The translations under genes and the position numbers were made by a program. Positions 39,597 through 49,104 of a DNA stretch of 64,000 nt are shown in pieces. The notes below the pieces were generated by a model. The model saw nothing but the letters and a program-made list of their open reading frames with translations, was not told the origin of the DNA and did not search any database. Source of the DNA: Candidatus Babeliales bacterium (GTDB lineage Bacteria > Babelota > Babeliae > Babelales > JANWKD01); NCBI GenBank assembly GCA_963722075.1, contig CAVRJM010000001.1:544001-608000 (forward strand). The letters are read 5' to 3'. Every line of letters starts with the position of its first letter. The first letter of the stretch is position 1.

Positions 39597-41117
39597 TTAA
39601 TTCATGAGTACCGGGTAATCATCAACATTAAAATCCGGTGTTTGCCAATCTCTAATCTGCTCTAGATGGAGCGTACTATCGCCAACGAAGAAATCTGCAG
39701 CAATACCTTTTGCTAATCGCATAGCTCCTACGCTAACTCCCGGAATATCACCACTCACCAGGCCATGGCTTAATGAAGCACCATAGTTAAAGCAATAGAT
39801 ATTTTTTAAAAAAGGAGCACTACCCGGTTGCATTTCCATAAACTGAAAATGAGATCCTAAATAAGGAAAAAGTCCTAGCATCGGCACTTCTCGTAAAAAC
39901 TCATCAGCAACACGATCTTTCCACAGTAAAATAGTATGCCTAATGGCATCAAGCTCGGCACGCTCGAAAAGATTAATTCTATAACCGGTCGCAACGATAA
40001 TAAAATCTACACGCAATGACTTTAGATTCGTTTGGAGGATAAGCGCGTCTCCATCTTCAACAACCTGCTGCACCTGACTATTATAATGGAAGTGAAGATT
40101 GTTAAAGTCTTTTACCCGCTTAACGGCAAATATGCTCGGTGCAACACCACCGGCCTTAAAAGCTTGTGCAAAAAAAGAACACTTCATTTCATCTGAAAGG
40201 AGATAAAATCCATTCTCTAAGCCTGGGTACGCAAATTGACCAAACTTATTAATGGCTGAGATAGCTGAACGGCGAACAATCATTTCAACCGTTTGCGCAC
40301 CGTTTTCCAAGGCGGCTGCTGCTGCATCAAACGCTGAAGAAGCAGCGCCTATAATTGCAATACGCTTATTTTTAAAAAATTGTGGATCAATTATTTCTGC
40401 CGTGTGCGCATACAATCGTTTTGGCACTTCGTTCAAATAGGGCGGAATCTCATACCCTCCTGATCCTTCCCTACCCGTTGCTAAAACAACTTTTCGTGCA
40501 TACACAATAATTGTACGGCCACCATGATTGAACGTTAATTCTAATAAGTTTTCATACGGTTGTAGGTTTATAAGCTTCATATCGTTTTCAATAGGTAACT
40601 TAAGAACCTTACGAAACCAGCAAAGATAATTGTGCCAAAGCCTCGTAGGACTTGTCCAAAGATTTTGGAGGCGTTCTTTTCCATAGCATGCTTCATACCA
40701 ACTTGAAAATGTTAAGCTGGGAATTCCTAGAGCTGGCCCCAAAAATCTTTTTCCCGATCTCAAAACATCCATCCGCGCATATTTGATCCAAGGGCCTTCT
40801 TGATTTTCAGGATTTTCGTCAAAGATTTTGATGTTTGAAACGCCTTCCTTTATTAATGCAAAACAAGCAGCAATTCCCGCCATGCCTCCGCCAATGATCG
40901 CGACATCTAAAACACCCACATCACTATCTGAATGTATAATCCATGAAAAAGTCGGCACGTTAAGTCGCACAAGATCATTTTCAATCTGAGCTTCAAGTGC
41001 GTTAAGTTGTTTCTCATCAATAGCAGCATAAATACCATCCGGTTGAGCAGCTTCTAGATTCATTGCCGGTAAAGTTGATAAAAAAATAGTTACAACCACT
41101 CTTTTTAAAATATGCAT
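39597..41117 (-). CDS. FAD/NAD(P)-dependent oxidoreductase (HpyO-like flavin monooxygenase) with N-terminal leader
   Basis: VAIIGGGMAG, GPW..YARM..LRS, VVLATG, IIGAASSAFD, VATGY, CFNYGA.LSHG..SGDIP. Confidence 0.88.
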   Translation of the reverse strand: MHILKRVVVTIFLSTLPAMNLEAAQPDGIYAAIDEKQLNALEAQIENDLVRLNVPTFSWIIHSDSDVGVLDVAIIGGGMAGIAACFALIKEGVSNIKIFDENPENQEGPWIKYARMDVLRSGKRFLGPALGIPSLTFSSWYEACYGKERLQNLWTSPTRLWHNYLCWFRKVLKLPIENDMKLINLQPYENLLELTFNHGGRTIIVYARKVVLATGREGSGGYEIPPYLNEVPKRLYAHTAEIIDPQFFKNKRIAIIGAASSAFDAAAAALENGAQTVEMIVRRSAISAINKFGQFAYPGLENGFYLLSDEMKCSFFAQAFKAGGVAPSIFAVKRVKDFNNLHFHYNSQVQQVVEDGDALILQTNLKSLRVDFIIVATGYRINLFERAELDAIRHTILLWKDRVADEFLREVPMLGLFPYLGSHFQFMEMQPGSAPFLKNIYCFNYGASLSHGLVSGDIPGVSVGAMRLAKGIAADFFVGDSTLHLEQIRDWQTPDFNVDDYPVLMN

Positions 41118-41165
41118 TTCTTCATTCTCTTTTTTGTAGTAATTAAGTAGAAACTATTTTAATTT

Positions 41166-42521
41166 TTAATCTAAATCAAAAGATTCTAAATATTTTGGGA
41201 TCACCACATGCCAACCAAATCGTTCTTCTATTTTCTTTTTTAATGACTCAGCAGATGCTAGTTCACCATGCGTAAGAAATACTTTTCTAGGAGGCTTTTC
41301 AAAATAGCCGAGCCATTGGATAATTTCTTTATAATCAGCGTGCGCTGAAAGTGATGTTATCATTTTTATTTCCGCACGAACGGGATATGACATGCCATAT
41401 ATTCTTAATTCTTTTGAACCATCAACTAAGAACCGGCCCTGAGTTCCCTTTACTTGATAACCCACAAAAGCAACCGTATTTTTAGCATCAGAAATAAAAT
41501 GTTGTAAATGAAACAGTACTCGTCCCCCGTTTGCCATGCCACTACCGGCAATAATTATTGCAGGATGCGTAAGCTGATCAAGATGCTTGGATTCTTCCAC
41601 GGTGTGTACGTATGTAGCAATACTAAATATTTCTTTACATGCTGATGGTGCCAACTTAAGGTCTTCTTTAAACTTACAATACAAATCAGTAACCCCTATA
41701 CCCATTGGGCTATCTAAAAAAATAGGAATATCTGGAATAGTTTTCTTGTGTTTTAATTGATAAAGACAATAAAGAATCGTTTGTGTGCGCTCTACAACAA
41801 AAGAAGGTATTATAAGAACTCCTCCTTTTTTTACCGTTTCATTCACCACTAGGCCCAGGGCTTTTATAGGATCCCCTTTTTCATGAAGCCTATCACCATA
41901 AGTGGATTCAAGAACTAAAAAGTCAGTTTCTTTTAAATGCGGTGGCGGTTTCTGTATAAATTGTTCAGGACGCCCAAGATCTCCAGAAAAGGTTAATTTT
42001 TGCTTACCATCCGATACAATAACAAAAGAAGAGCCAAGAATGTGGCCTGATCTTATTAGCGTAATCTGTAAAGTTTTGATGCTAAAAGCAGTATCATAAT
42101 CAACTGTGTGAAAAAATTTTAATGAATTCTCAGCATCTAGTTTTGTGTATAAGGGTGTTGCTCCAGGATGCTGTGGACCGTATCTCTTAGTAATATGCTC
42201 TGCTTCTTCTTCCTGTAACGATCCACAATCAAGTAATAAAAGAGCGGCCAACGCACCGGTAGCTTTTGAAGAATATATTTTCCCCTTAAAACCATTTTTA
42301 ATTAATGCCGGTATATAACCGGTATGATCTATATGAGCGTGCGTTAATACAATAGCATCAATGCTCTCCGCTGCTATGCCAAATGGATCCCAATTACGCT
42401 GAGCAAACTCCTTTTCTCCTTGAAAAAGCCCGCAATCAACTAACAATTTTACATCGTTATCTTCGACAAGATACCTTGACCCGGTTACTTCTTGTACGGC
42501 ACCCAGAAAAGTTATTTTCAT
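41166..42521 (-). CDS. MBL-fold beta-CASP nuclease
   Basis: GA..EVTGS, DCGLFQG, THAHIDH, GHILGS, FSGDLG, ESTYG, SGM..GGR, SAHAD, HGE. Confidence 0.93.
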   Translation of the reverse strand: MKITFLGAVQEVTGSRYLVEDNDVKLLVDCGLFQGEKEFAQRNWDPFGIAAESIDAIVLTHAHIDHTGYIPALIKNGFKGKIYSSKATGALAALLLLDCGSLQEEEAEHITKRYGPQHPGATPLYTKLDAENSLKFFHTVDYDTAFSIKTLQITLIRSGHILGSSFVIVSDGKQKLTFSGDLGRPEQFIQKPPPHLKETDFLVLESTYGDRLHEKGDPIKALGLVVNETVKKGGVLIIPSFVVERTQTILYCLYQLKHKKTIPDIPIFLDSPMGIGVTDLYCKFKEDLKLAPSACKEIFSIATYVHTVEESKHLDQLTHPAIIIAGSGMANGGRVLFHLQHFISDAKNTVAFVGYQVKGTQGRFLVDGSKELRIYGMSYPVRAEIKMITSLSAHADYKEIIQWLGYFEKPPRKVFLTHGELASAESLKKKIEERFGWHVVIPKYLESFDLD

Positions 42522-42696
42522 GCTTCATTACTCTTTTATACCATCTGTAACAGATGGGTTACTAAAAAATTTTAACTTATAAAATGCTATAATTTAAAAT
42601 GCTCTCATTACGTTATTGTTCATGCATAATATGTAGCATAATGTACTCAGTACTAACAATATATTTCTTGTCAGCTAAGCGGTCTTACAAATTACT

Positions 42697-42938
42697 TTAT
42701 TTTCTTTCAAGATATAAAACATTTTCAAAATAATTTTTGAGAATATTCACATGAGGATTAAATAGTTCTTTTGGTAAATTAGAAACTGAAAAAAATTTCC
42801 ATTCATAACAAAAGTGCGGTTCCCTATTTTGTATTTCCCCTAAAAAGCTTTCAAGCAAATTTTTCTTTTTCCTAATAAAATAGCATCGTCTTTTATTAAG
42901 AAAATTTCACAGCCAACGTTAATATTTTTAATGTTCAT
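42697..42938 (-). pseudogene. Internally deleted copy of the NUDIX gene at 47022
   Basis: MNIKNINVGCEIFLIKDDAILLGKRK joined to LLESFLGEIQNREPHFCYEWKFFS...YFENVLYLERK; about 180 bp including the Nudix box missing. Confidence 0.85.
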
Positions 42939-43088
42939 AACTGATCTTTCTATTTCTTCTATTTTTTCTATCCATAACCCTTTTCTTGTTAAGTTTGAGT
43001 TTATATCAAATAAGCCTAATTCACCCTATTCTTTTTTTGACTTTTATATTCTTTTTATTTACAATTTCATCTGTCCACTTAATAAGTG

Positions 43089-43164
43089 GGGCGGTTAGCT
43101 CAGTTGGTAGAGCATCAGTCTTACAAACTGGGGGTCACTGGTTCGAATCCAGTACCGCCCACCA
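43089..43164 (+). tRNA. tRNA-Val(TAC)
   Basis: GGGCGGT/ACCGCCC, loop CTTACAA, GGTTCGAATCC, CCA. Confidence 0.97.
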
Positions 43165-43327
43165 GTCTTCGTTTATCCGGGCCTTCCGGCTCGGCAAACT
43201 ACGCCTGGCGCGGCCAATTTCTTAAATGATTGAAATTAATAATAAAAGAATAGCGAAATGCCAAGGCTATGCCTGGGCAGACCAGCCACGCCATAGCTCG
43301 CAGAGCGGCGGCGAGCCAAAAATGTAT

Positions 43328-43402
43328 TCCTCGGTAGCTCAGTGGTAGAGCACACGACTGTTAATCGTTAGGTCGCTGGTTCGAATCCAGCCCGAGGAGC
43401 CA
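43328..43402 (+). tRNA. tRNA-Asn(GTT)
   Basis: TCCTCGG/CCGAGGA, loop CTGTTAA, GGTTCGAATCC, CCA. Confidence 0.96.
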
Positions 43403-43487
43403 GTCATTTCCTTCAGAAATGCCTGGCAAGCCATTAAATGATTATAAAATTTTCACTCCGTTTGACACCTCGTCAAAGCGGATGTTG

Positions 43488-43564
43488 GGAGCTGTAGCTC
43501 AGTTGGTTAGAGCGTCCGCCTGTCACGCGGAAGGTCGTGGGTTCGAGTCCCATCAGCTCCGCCA
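43488..43564 (+). tRNA. tRNA-Asp(GTC)
   Basis: GGAGCTG/CAGCTCC, TCCGC-CTGTCAC-GCGGA, GGTTCGAGTCC, CCA. Confidence 0.97.
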
Positions 43565-43684
43565 GTCATTTCCTTCAGAAATGCCTGGCAGGCCAGTCTC
43601 TTAATAAGCACGAAATTTTTTCTCTCCATTTATAATGAAGCCTATTATAGGTGCTCAAATAACTGATTATATTCACGCCCAAAG

Positions 43685-44473
43685 TCATTCATGGAATAAA
43701 TAGTGTAAATACTGCTCTGGATTATCTAAAAACTGTTTTGTAATTTGATAATGTTGGGAGTCCTGATAACTAATAGTTTTCAGGACTTCTGAATCGCATG
43801 AATAAATAGTAGCCTGGGGAAATGCCAATAGTAGTGGAGAATGAGTAGCAATAATAAACTGTGCATTATAAGAATTTTTGCACATTTCATGGATAATAAG
43901 CATAAGGGTAAGTTGCTTTTGTGGTGAAAGGGCAGCCTCGGGTTCATCAAGTATAAAAAAACCAGCATTACCAAGCCTGTTTTGAAAGAAGGAAAGAAAA
44001 CTTTCTCCATGTGATTGCTCATGCAGTGATTTCCCACCGTATGATGCATATGCCTGCCAGTCAGTTTGAGCAAGTACATCAATATAATTCGCAACGTTAA
44101 AAAAGCTTTCCGCTTTAAAAAAATACCCATTTTGTGGCTTTTTGCGCCATGATAGCGTAAACCGTTCAGAAAATTTTTCAATTGGAGTATAGAATTTCTC
44201 GTCAGCCGTTCTAAAACTAATATTTTTGCTGCCACCTTCAAAGCCAAAACCTGCTTTTAATGCAAGAGCTTCTAAAATAGTTGATTTACCGGTGCCATTT
44301 TCTCCAACAAAAAAAGTTACCGCAGTAAAAAAATTAATTTCGTGAAGATTTTTAATAATAGATAAAGAAAATGGATAACTATTTTGGTCGATATCATCAG
44401 GTATAGTAACTTTTACTTTATCCAACAACGGACCATCTAGAGAGGTACTATATTTTTTTGAGAATTTGCGCAT
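43685..44473 (-). CDS. Predicted ABC/AAA-type ATPase
   Basis: TFFVGENGTGKSTILE, LHEQSHGESF, ILDEPEAALSP, QFIIATHSP. Confidence 0.92.
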   Translation of the reverse strand: MRKFSKKYSTSLDGPLLDKVKVTIPDDIDQNSYPFSLSIIKNLHEINFFTAVTFFVGENGTGKSTILEALALKAGFGFEGGSKNISFRTADEKFYTPIEKFSERFTLSWRKKPQNGYFFKAESFFNVANYIDVLAQTDWQAYASYGGKSLHEQSHGESFLSFFQNRLGNAGFFILDEPEAALSPQKQLTLMLIIHEMCKNSYNAQFIIATHSPLLLAFPQATIYSCDSEVLKTISYQDSQHYQITKQFLDNPEQYLHYLFHE

Positions 44474-44525
44474 AGTTAAAGTATATCATAAAAATCACAT
44501 CCGATGAAGGATTTTTTGAGACCAT

Positions 44526-45976
44526 TGTTAGTGCAAAGTGATAAATTCCTCTTATAGCGCAAAGTAAAAAGTTCCGGTTTTTAGGGTAAACTTAATCTTG
44601 AAGAAAAAAAGAATAAACCCTAAAAATACACCGGAACTTATATGGAATATATTACCATGAATAAGAAAGAACGAGAACAGGCAAAAGTGTTTGCTCAGGT
44701 TAAAGAAGGAAAGCTGACAAAGGCAGAGGCAGCGGAACGCCTGAGGTTTACCAGGCGCTGGGTAAGGGAAAAATATACAAGATACTGCCAGTTAGATGAC
44801 TTTGGCTTAGTACATGGCAATAGAGGAAAGGCAAGCCCGAATAGGTGGGATCAAGAGGAGAGGCAACTGTTAATAACCTTGTTGGAAGGCGATTGGCAAG
44901 GCTTTGGACCAACCTTTGCAGCTGAAAAGCTTAATGAGTTACATGGGATACAGGTAAGCCGAGAAGTTGTTAGAAAGGCTATGATCGAAGAGGGTTTATG
45001 GCATTCCAGAAAACGAAGTGGTAAACATCGTAAACGACGAGAAAGAAAACTAATGTTTGGCATGATGATTCAGCTTGATGGGTCACCACATGACTGGTTT
45101 GAAGGTCGTGCTCCAGAATGTACGCTACTTGTTTTCATTGACGATGCTACCAGCCGTATTCTTTGGCTTGAATTTGCTCCATCTGAATCAGTATTTGCTT
45201 TAATGGCGGCAACTAAAAATTACATTGAGAAATATGGAATCCCTCAAACTTTTTACGTAGACCATGGATCTGTTTTTCATGTTAATTTGAATAATAAAGA
45301 TGATATTAAAAAGACTCAATGGGAGCGTGCTTGCGAATCTATAGACATTGAGATTGAACATGCCCATAGCCCTCAGGCAAAAGGACGTGTTGAACGATGC
45401 AATCAAACCATGCAAGATCGCCTTATTAAAGAGATGAGGCTTGCTGGCATATCATCAATAACTGCTGCAAATAATTATCTAAGAGCGAGTAACTTTATCA
45501 CCAAGCATAATGCTGCATTCCAAGTCCCTCCAACTCAACAAGGCAATGCACATGCTGATGCTCAATCTTATGACTTAGCCGATGTATTCAGCATGCAAGA
45601 GACTCGCATTCTTATGAACGATTTTACTATTACTTACCACAATCGCATTTTTCAATTGACTCCGCATCAGAAAACAATTCTACGCCCAAAGGATATTATT
45701 GTTGTTAAGGTGCATTTAGATGGAGAAATTAAACTGTGGATTAGAAAAACAGCGCTTGCTTTTAGTGAAATTTATCAACGAGTAACCCCACAAGTTCAGG
45801 AGAAAAAAATAGTAGATTACAAACCAAGAAAGCCTTCACAGAGCAGTCAACGTTGGGTAAGCGGTTTACCCCCTCGCGAGAGTAGGGTGAAGCCGGCTGC
45901 GCCGGCCGTGGAGGCGCTTTAATGAGAGGAACTTTTTACTTTGCAAAATAGTGGAATTTTTCACGTTGCTTTGACA
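44526..45976 (+). mobile_element. IS1202-family (ISNCY) insertion sequence, 1451 bp, with 17-bp target duplication
   Basis: Ends TGT..ACA with about 50-bp imperfect IRs; GGATTTTTTGAGACCAT directly repeated at 44509-44525 and 45977-45993. Confidence 0.93.
44642..45922 (+). CDS. DDE transposase (ISNCY/IS1202 family)
   Basis: HGNRGK, FGPTFAAEKL, IQLDGSPHDWF, FIDDAT, YVDHGSVF, PQAKGRVER.NQT.QDRL. Confidence 0.95.
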   Translation: MEYITMNKKEREQAKVFAQVKEGKLTKAEAAERLRFTRRWVREKYTRYCQLDDFGLVHGNRGKASPNRWDQEERQLLITLLEGDWQGFGPTFAAEKLNELHGIQVSREVVRKAMIEEGLWHSRKRSGKHRKRRERKLMFGMMIQLDGSPHDWFEGRAPECTLLVFIDDATSRILWLEFAPSESVFALMAATKNYIEKYGIPQTFYVDHGSVFHVNLNNKDDIKKTQWERACESIDIEIEHAHSPQAKGRVERCNQTMQDRLIKEMRLAGISSITAANNYLRASNFITKHNAAFQVPPTQQGNAHADAQSYDLADVFSMQETRILMNDFTITYHNRIFQLTPHQKTILRPKDIIVVKVHLDGEIKLWIRKTALAFSEIYQRVTPQVQEKKIVDYKPRKPSQSSQRWVSGLPPRESRVKPAAPAVEAL

Positions 45977-46149
45977 GGATTTTTTGAGACCATGAAAATA
46001 ATTAATGAATATACCGTAAATTTTTTTGATGCTCATTTAAAATAAGCTCAGTTCAATTATTTTACCATCGAATTTGCGTTAATCATTGATTGTTTGTCCA
46101 ATAAATTGTACGCTTGAATTGTATATATTGTACCGTGATGGGAATAAAA

Positions 46150-46459
46150 ATGAGAAAAAAATATATATTCTATAAAACGGATGAATATCAAGAATGGCTG
46201 GATAATGAAACAGCTAAATCACAGGTACAGATTGCCGATCGCTTATCTAAAATAGAGATGTATGACCATTGGGGAGATCATAAGCCTCTGGATGAAGATA
46301 AGGATGTCTGGGAGCTAAAAATGGGTCAATGGAAGAAGGCTATACTATGCCTATCTTGAAGAATTAGATATATTATTATTGCTGGGAGGAAATAAAAATG
46401 GTCAAAATAAAGACATCACAAAAGCAAAAAAAATCCTTAGAAAATATACAGAAACGTAA
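46150..46459 (+). pseudogene. RelE/HigB-like addiction-module toxin, frameshifted
   Basis: Removing one A from the A5 run at 46317-46321 gives VWELKWVNGRRLYYAY...LLLGGNKNGQNKDITKAKKIL. Confidence 0.85.
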
Positions 46460-46745
46460 AATAAAGAAAGGTGTAGTATTAATACCCTACAGCCCCCACA
46501 AAGAAATTACTGATGAAGATTTTATAGGAAAAGCATTGTTAGAATGCTTAAAAAACAATGATCCTGAAGGGGTCATGGAAGTTATCTCTGTTTATTTGAA
46601 TGCTATTGAGAAAACGAGTTTTGCCAAAGAAGCCAATGTTCCTAAATCAACACTTTATTATGGTTTAAAGGGAAAAAACCCAACCATCAAAACTTTAGCA
46701 AAAATTATTCATGCAACAACACTTCAATCTACTACTAAAAGATAA
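46398..46745 (+). CDS. Addiction-module antitoxin with HTH
   Basis: Overlaps toxin end; AKEANVPKSTLYYGL.GKNPTIKTLAKII. Confidence 0.85.
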   Translation: MVKIKTSQKQKKSLENIQKRKIKKGVVLIPYSPHKEITDEDFIGKALLECLKNNDPEGVMEVISVYLNAIEKTSFAKEANVPKSTLYYGLKGKNPTIKTLAKIIHATTLQSTTKR

Positions 46746-46898
46746 CAATGCTGCTCACTCTGATTTTAGTACACAATTCCACGCTCGCCCCAAAGGTAAA
46801 TCCACCAATTTGAATGTTTTTTCTTCCAAATACATTTGGTATCGCTTAAATGATTTTTGTTCAAATGCATATTCACCAAAGATACCTAATAAAGAAAA

Positions 46899-47008
46899 AA
46901 TGCATTAGATTTAGGCGCCGGAGCAGGTAAGATACCGCATTTCTGTTCAAAAATGGTTGGCATGTTTGGGCAAATGACGTAGAATGTTTCGAACCTATAC
47001 TAGCTTAG
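46899..47008 (+). pseudogene. Relic of a class I SAM-dependent methyltransferase
   Basis: ALDLGAGAG then, after a 1-nt shift, DTAFLFKNGWHVWANDVE. Confidence 0.65.
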
Positions 47009-47021
47009 AAAACTCAAAAAT

Positions 47022-47441
47022 ATGAACATTACCACTATTAAAGTCGGCTGTGAAATTTTCTTAATAAAAGACAACACAATTTTATTGGGAAAAAGAAAAA
47101 ATTGTTATGGTGAAGGCACATGGGCACTTCCTGGAGGACACTTAGAACAAGGTGAATCTATTAGGGAATGCGTAATTAGAGAACTAAAAGAAGAATTAGG
47201 TATAGAAGCGATAGAGTTTAGATTAGTTAGTGTAGCAGATTATATTAATGAGCGCGGTCATTATGTTCACATTTCTTTTTTGCTTGAAAATTTTTTAGGC
47301 GAAATACAAAATATGGAACCATATTATTGTTATGAGTGGAAATTTTTTTCGCTTTCTAATTTACCAAAAGATCTGTTTAACCCTCATATAAATATTCTCA
47401 AAAACTATTTTGAAAACATTTTATATCTCGAAAGAAAATGA
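47022..47441 (+). CDS. NUDIX hydrolase
   Basis: LLGKR, GTWALPGGHLEQGESIRECVIRELKEELG, N.EP..C.EW.FF. Confidence 0.93.
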   Translation: MNITTIKVGCEIFLIKDNTILLGKRKNCYGEGTWALPGGHLEQGESIRECVIRELKEELGIEAIEFRLVSVADYINERGHYVHISFLLENFLGEIQNMEPYYCYEWKFFSLSNLPKDLFNPHINILKNYFENILYLERK

Positions 47442-47445
47442 TTTC

Positions 47446-47601
47446 ATGAATAAAATATGTGCAGAATATTTAAAACCAGGTGATCATATTCGTGTAATTG
47501 CACCCAGCCTTTCTATGACAATCTTATCTGAAGAAACAATAAAGAATGCTATGGAGCGTTTTCAGCAAATGGGATTAAGATTTCATTTTGCTAAAAAATA
47601 A
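47446..47601 (+). pseudogene. N-terminal fragment of S66 (LD-carboxypeptidase/MccF) peptidase
   Basis: LKPGDHIRVIAPS.S...A.ERF..MG; stops after 51 aa. Confidence 0.75.
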
Positions 47602-47614
47602 CATGGCTCATTTT

Positions 47615-48853
47615 TTATTTTAAATCCCATGGTACTGCTATAATATCTTCTGCAATTCGATAACATTCATCGCCAGCATAAATGACTATTCCTGGCGCTA
47701 TCTTTAGATGGGGATAAGTTTCTCTGAATGCGGTAATTCCACGCACTTCATTTTTACTGACAGTAGTTGCTGATTTTATTTCAATGGGATAAAAGATTCC
47801 GTCAATTTCTACCAGAATATCAACTTCAGCTCCTGCCAAGGTTCGCCAATGATAAAAATTGGGGATTAGTGGTAATGAAGAGCAAAAAGCTTTAATCATA
47901 TTAAAACAGTAAGATTCAAAAAATGCTCCTTGCAGGGGACTTACCGCAAGAGCGTCTGGTGATGAAATGCGTTGTTGATAGCATGCGAGGCCCGTGTCGA
48001 AAATTATACCTTTTGGTTTTGCTGAAAGGCGTTTAATGCTATTCATGTGAAAGGGTTGCAACTCAGTCCATTGATAGGTATACGTGAGTAATTTAAGCCA
48101 TCGTTGGGCTGTTTTGGGTGTAATACCCAGCTCCCTTCCCAGTTGAGAGTAATTTATTTCTTGAGAAGATAATGCTGAAAGCAATCCTAAAAATTGTCCG
48201 AATGTTGCAAGATCTTCGATGTTTTCTAATGTTCTTATATCTCGTTCGACATAGGTTTGTATATAGGATGAAAAATAAAAGGGCAATGCACTATTTGGGA
48301 TATCAATGATCCCGGGCATGCCTCCGCGCCAAATAGCTTCTAAGCGTGATGGCATGTTTTTGAGCTTCTCCAGAGAATTTTTAAAGAAATTGTCTGGATT
48401 TTTTAAATAGTTCAAAAACCAATTTTTATCCTTATCAAATTCATCGTACATCTCATGGGGAGTCATTGGGTTTATAGGTATGATTACAACTCTGCCAGCA
48501 AGACTTTCGGATACATTCTTAAGAATTGATAGCTGCTGAGACCCCGTTAGGTAATATTGACCTGGTTTATCAGAAAGATCAACAAAGCGTTTTAAGGAGG
48601 GTAACAACTCAGGTACAAATTGAATTTCATCCAATATCAAGGGAGTGCCAAAATCCTTTAAGAAGAGGTCTGGATTTTTGCGGACATTGTAAAGATCTTG
48701 AATGGGATCAAATACAAATATCTTGGTTGAAGGGAAAAGATGGGAAAGTAACGAACTTTTACCTACCTGCCGGGCTCCCACTAAGAATATAATTTTGTAT
48801 ATTTTTGATAACTCTGTAATCAGGGATTCGTAAATTCTTTTTTTATAATTCAT
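47615..48853 (-). CDS. AAA ATPase with DUF4143-type C-terminus
   Basis: GARQVGKS, ILDEIQ, LTGS, ESLAGR, GGMP, YIQTYVERD, DTGL, EVD...IEIK. Confidence 0.92.
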   Translation of the reverse strand: MNYKKRIYESLITELSKIYKIIFLVGARQVGKSSLLSHLFPSTKIFVFDPIQDLYNVRKNPDLFLKDFGTPLILDEIQFVPELLPSLKRFVDLSDKPGQYYLTGSQQLSILKNVSESLAGRVVIIPINPMTPHEMYDEFDKDKNWFLNYLKNPDNFFKNSLEKLKNMPSRLEAIWRGGMPGIIDIPNSALPFYFSSYIQTYVERDIRTLENIEDLATFGQFLGLLSALSSQEINYSQLGRELGITPKTAQRWLKLLTYTYQWTELQPFHMNSIKRLSAKPKGIIFDTGLACYQQRISSPDALAVSPLQGAFFESYCFNMIKAFCSSLPLIPNFYHWRTLAGAEVDILVEIDGIFYPIEIKSATTVSKNEVRGITAFRETYPHLKIAPGIVIYAGDECYRIAEDIIAVPWDLK

Positions 48854-49104
48854 TGTTTTTCTATTTTTATCTTGTAATTTAATTATCATATTACCATTTT
48901 ACTAGGCAATTGAGCAATAATTTTCGTGGGATTAGGCAGATAGTCTAATCTCGTTTCGTCTTTTTTTTAAATTAAAATATTTAAAAGCCAATCTTCGATA
49001 GACTCCTAGCTAACTGGAGTGTTGCAATTAACTCTGATAGAGTAAGTGACATATTTCAGAGCAAACAATAAAATGGTGCACCAGTGATACGAGAAGGAAC
49101 AATT

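Noticed and set aside
32297..42521. Integron cassette array
   Set aside because: Mixed gene orientations, no recurring attC-like sites, no integrase
2857..43600. CRISPR array from the short repeats
   Set aside because: Repeats are dispersed or inverted, not regularly spaced; no cas genes
44465..44500. dif/Xer site beside the IS (TTGCGCATAG...)
   Set aside because: Only a partial XerC-like arm overlapping a start codon; no TTATGTTAAAT-like XerD arm
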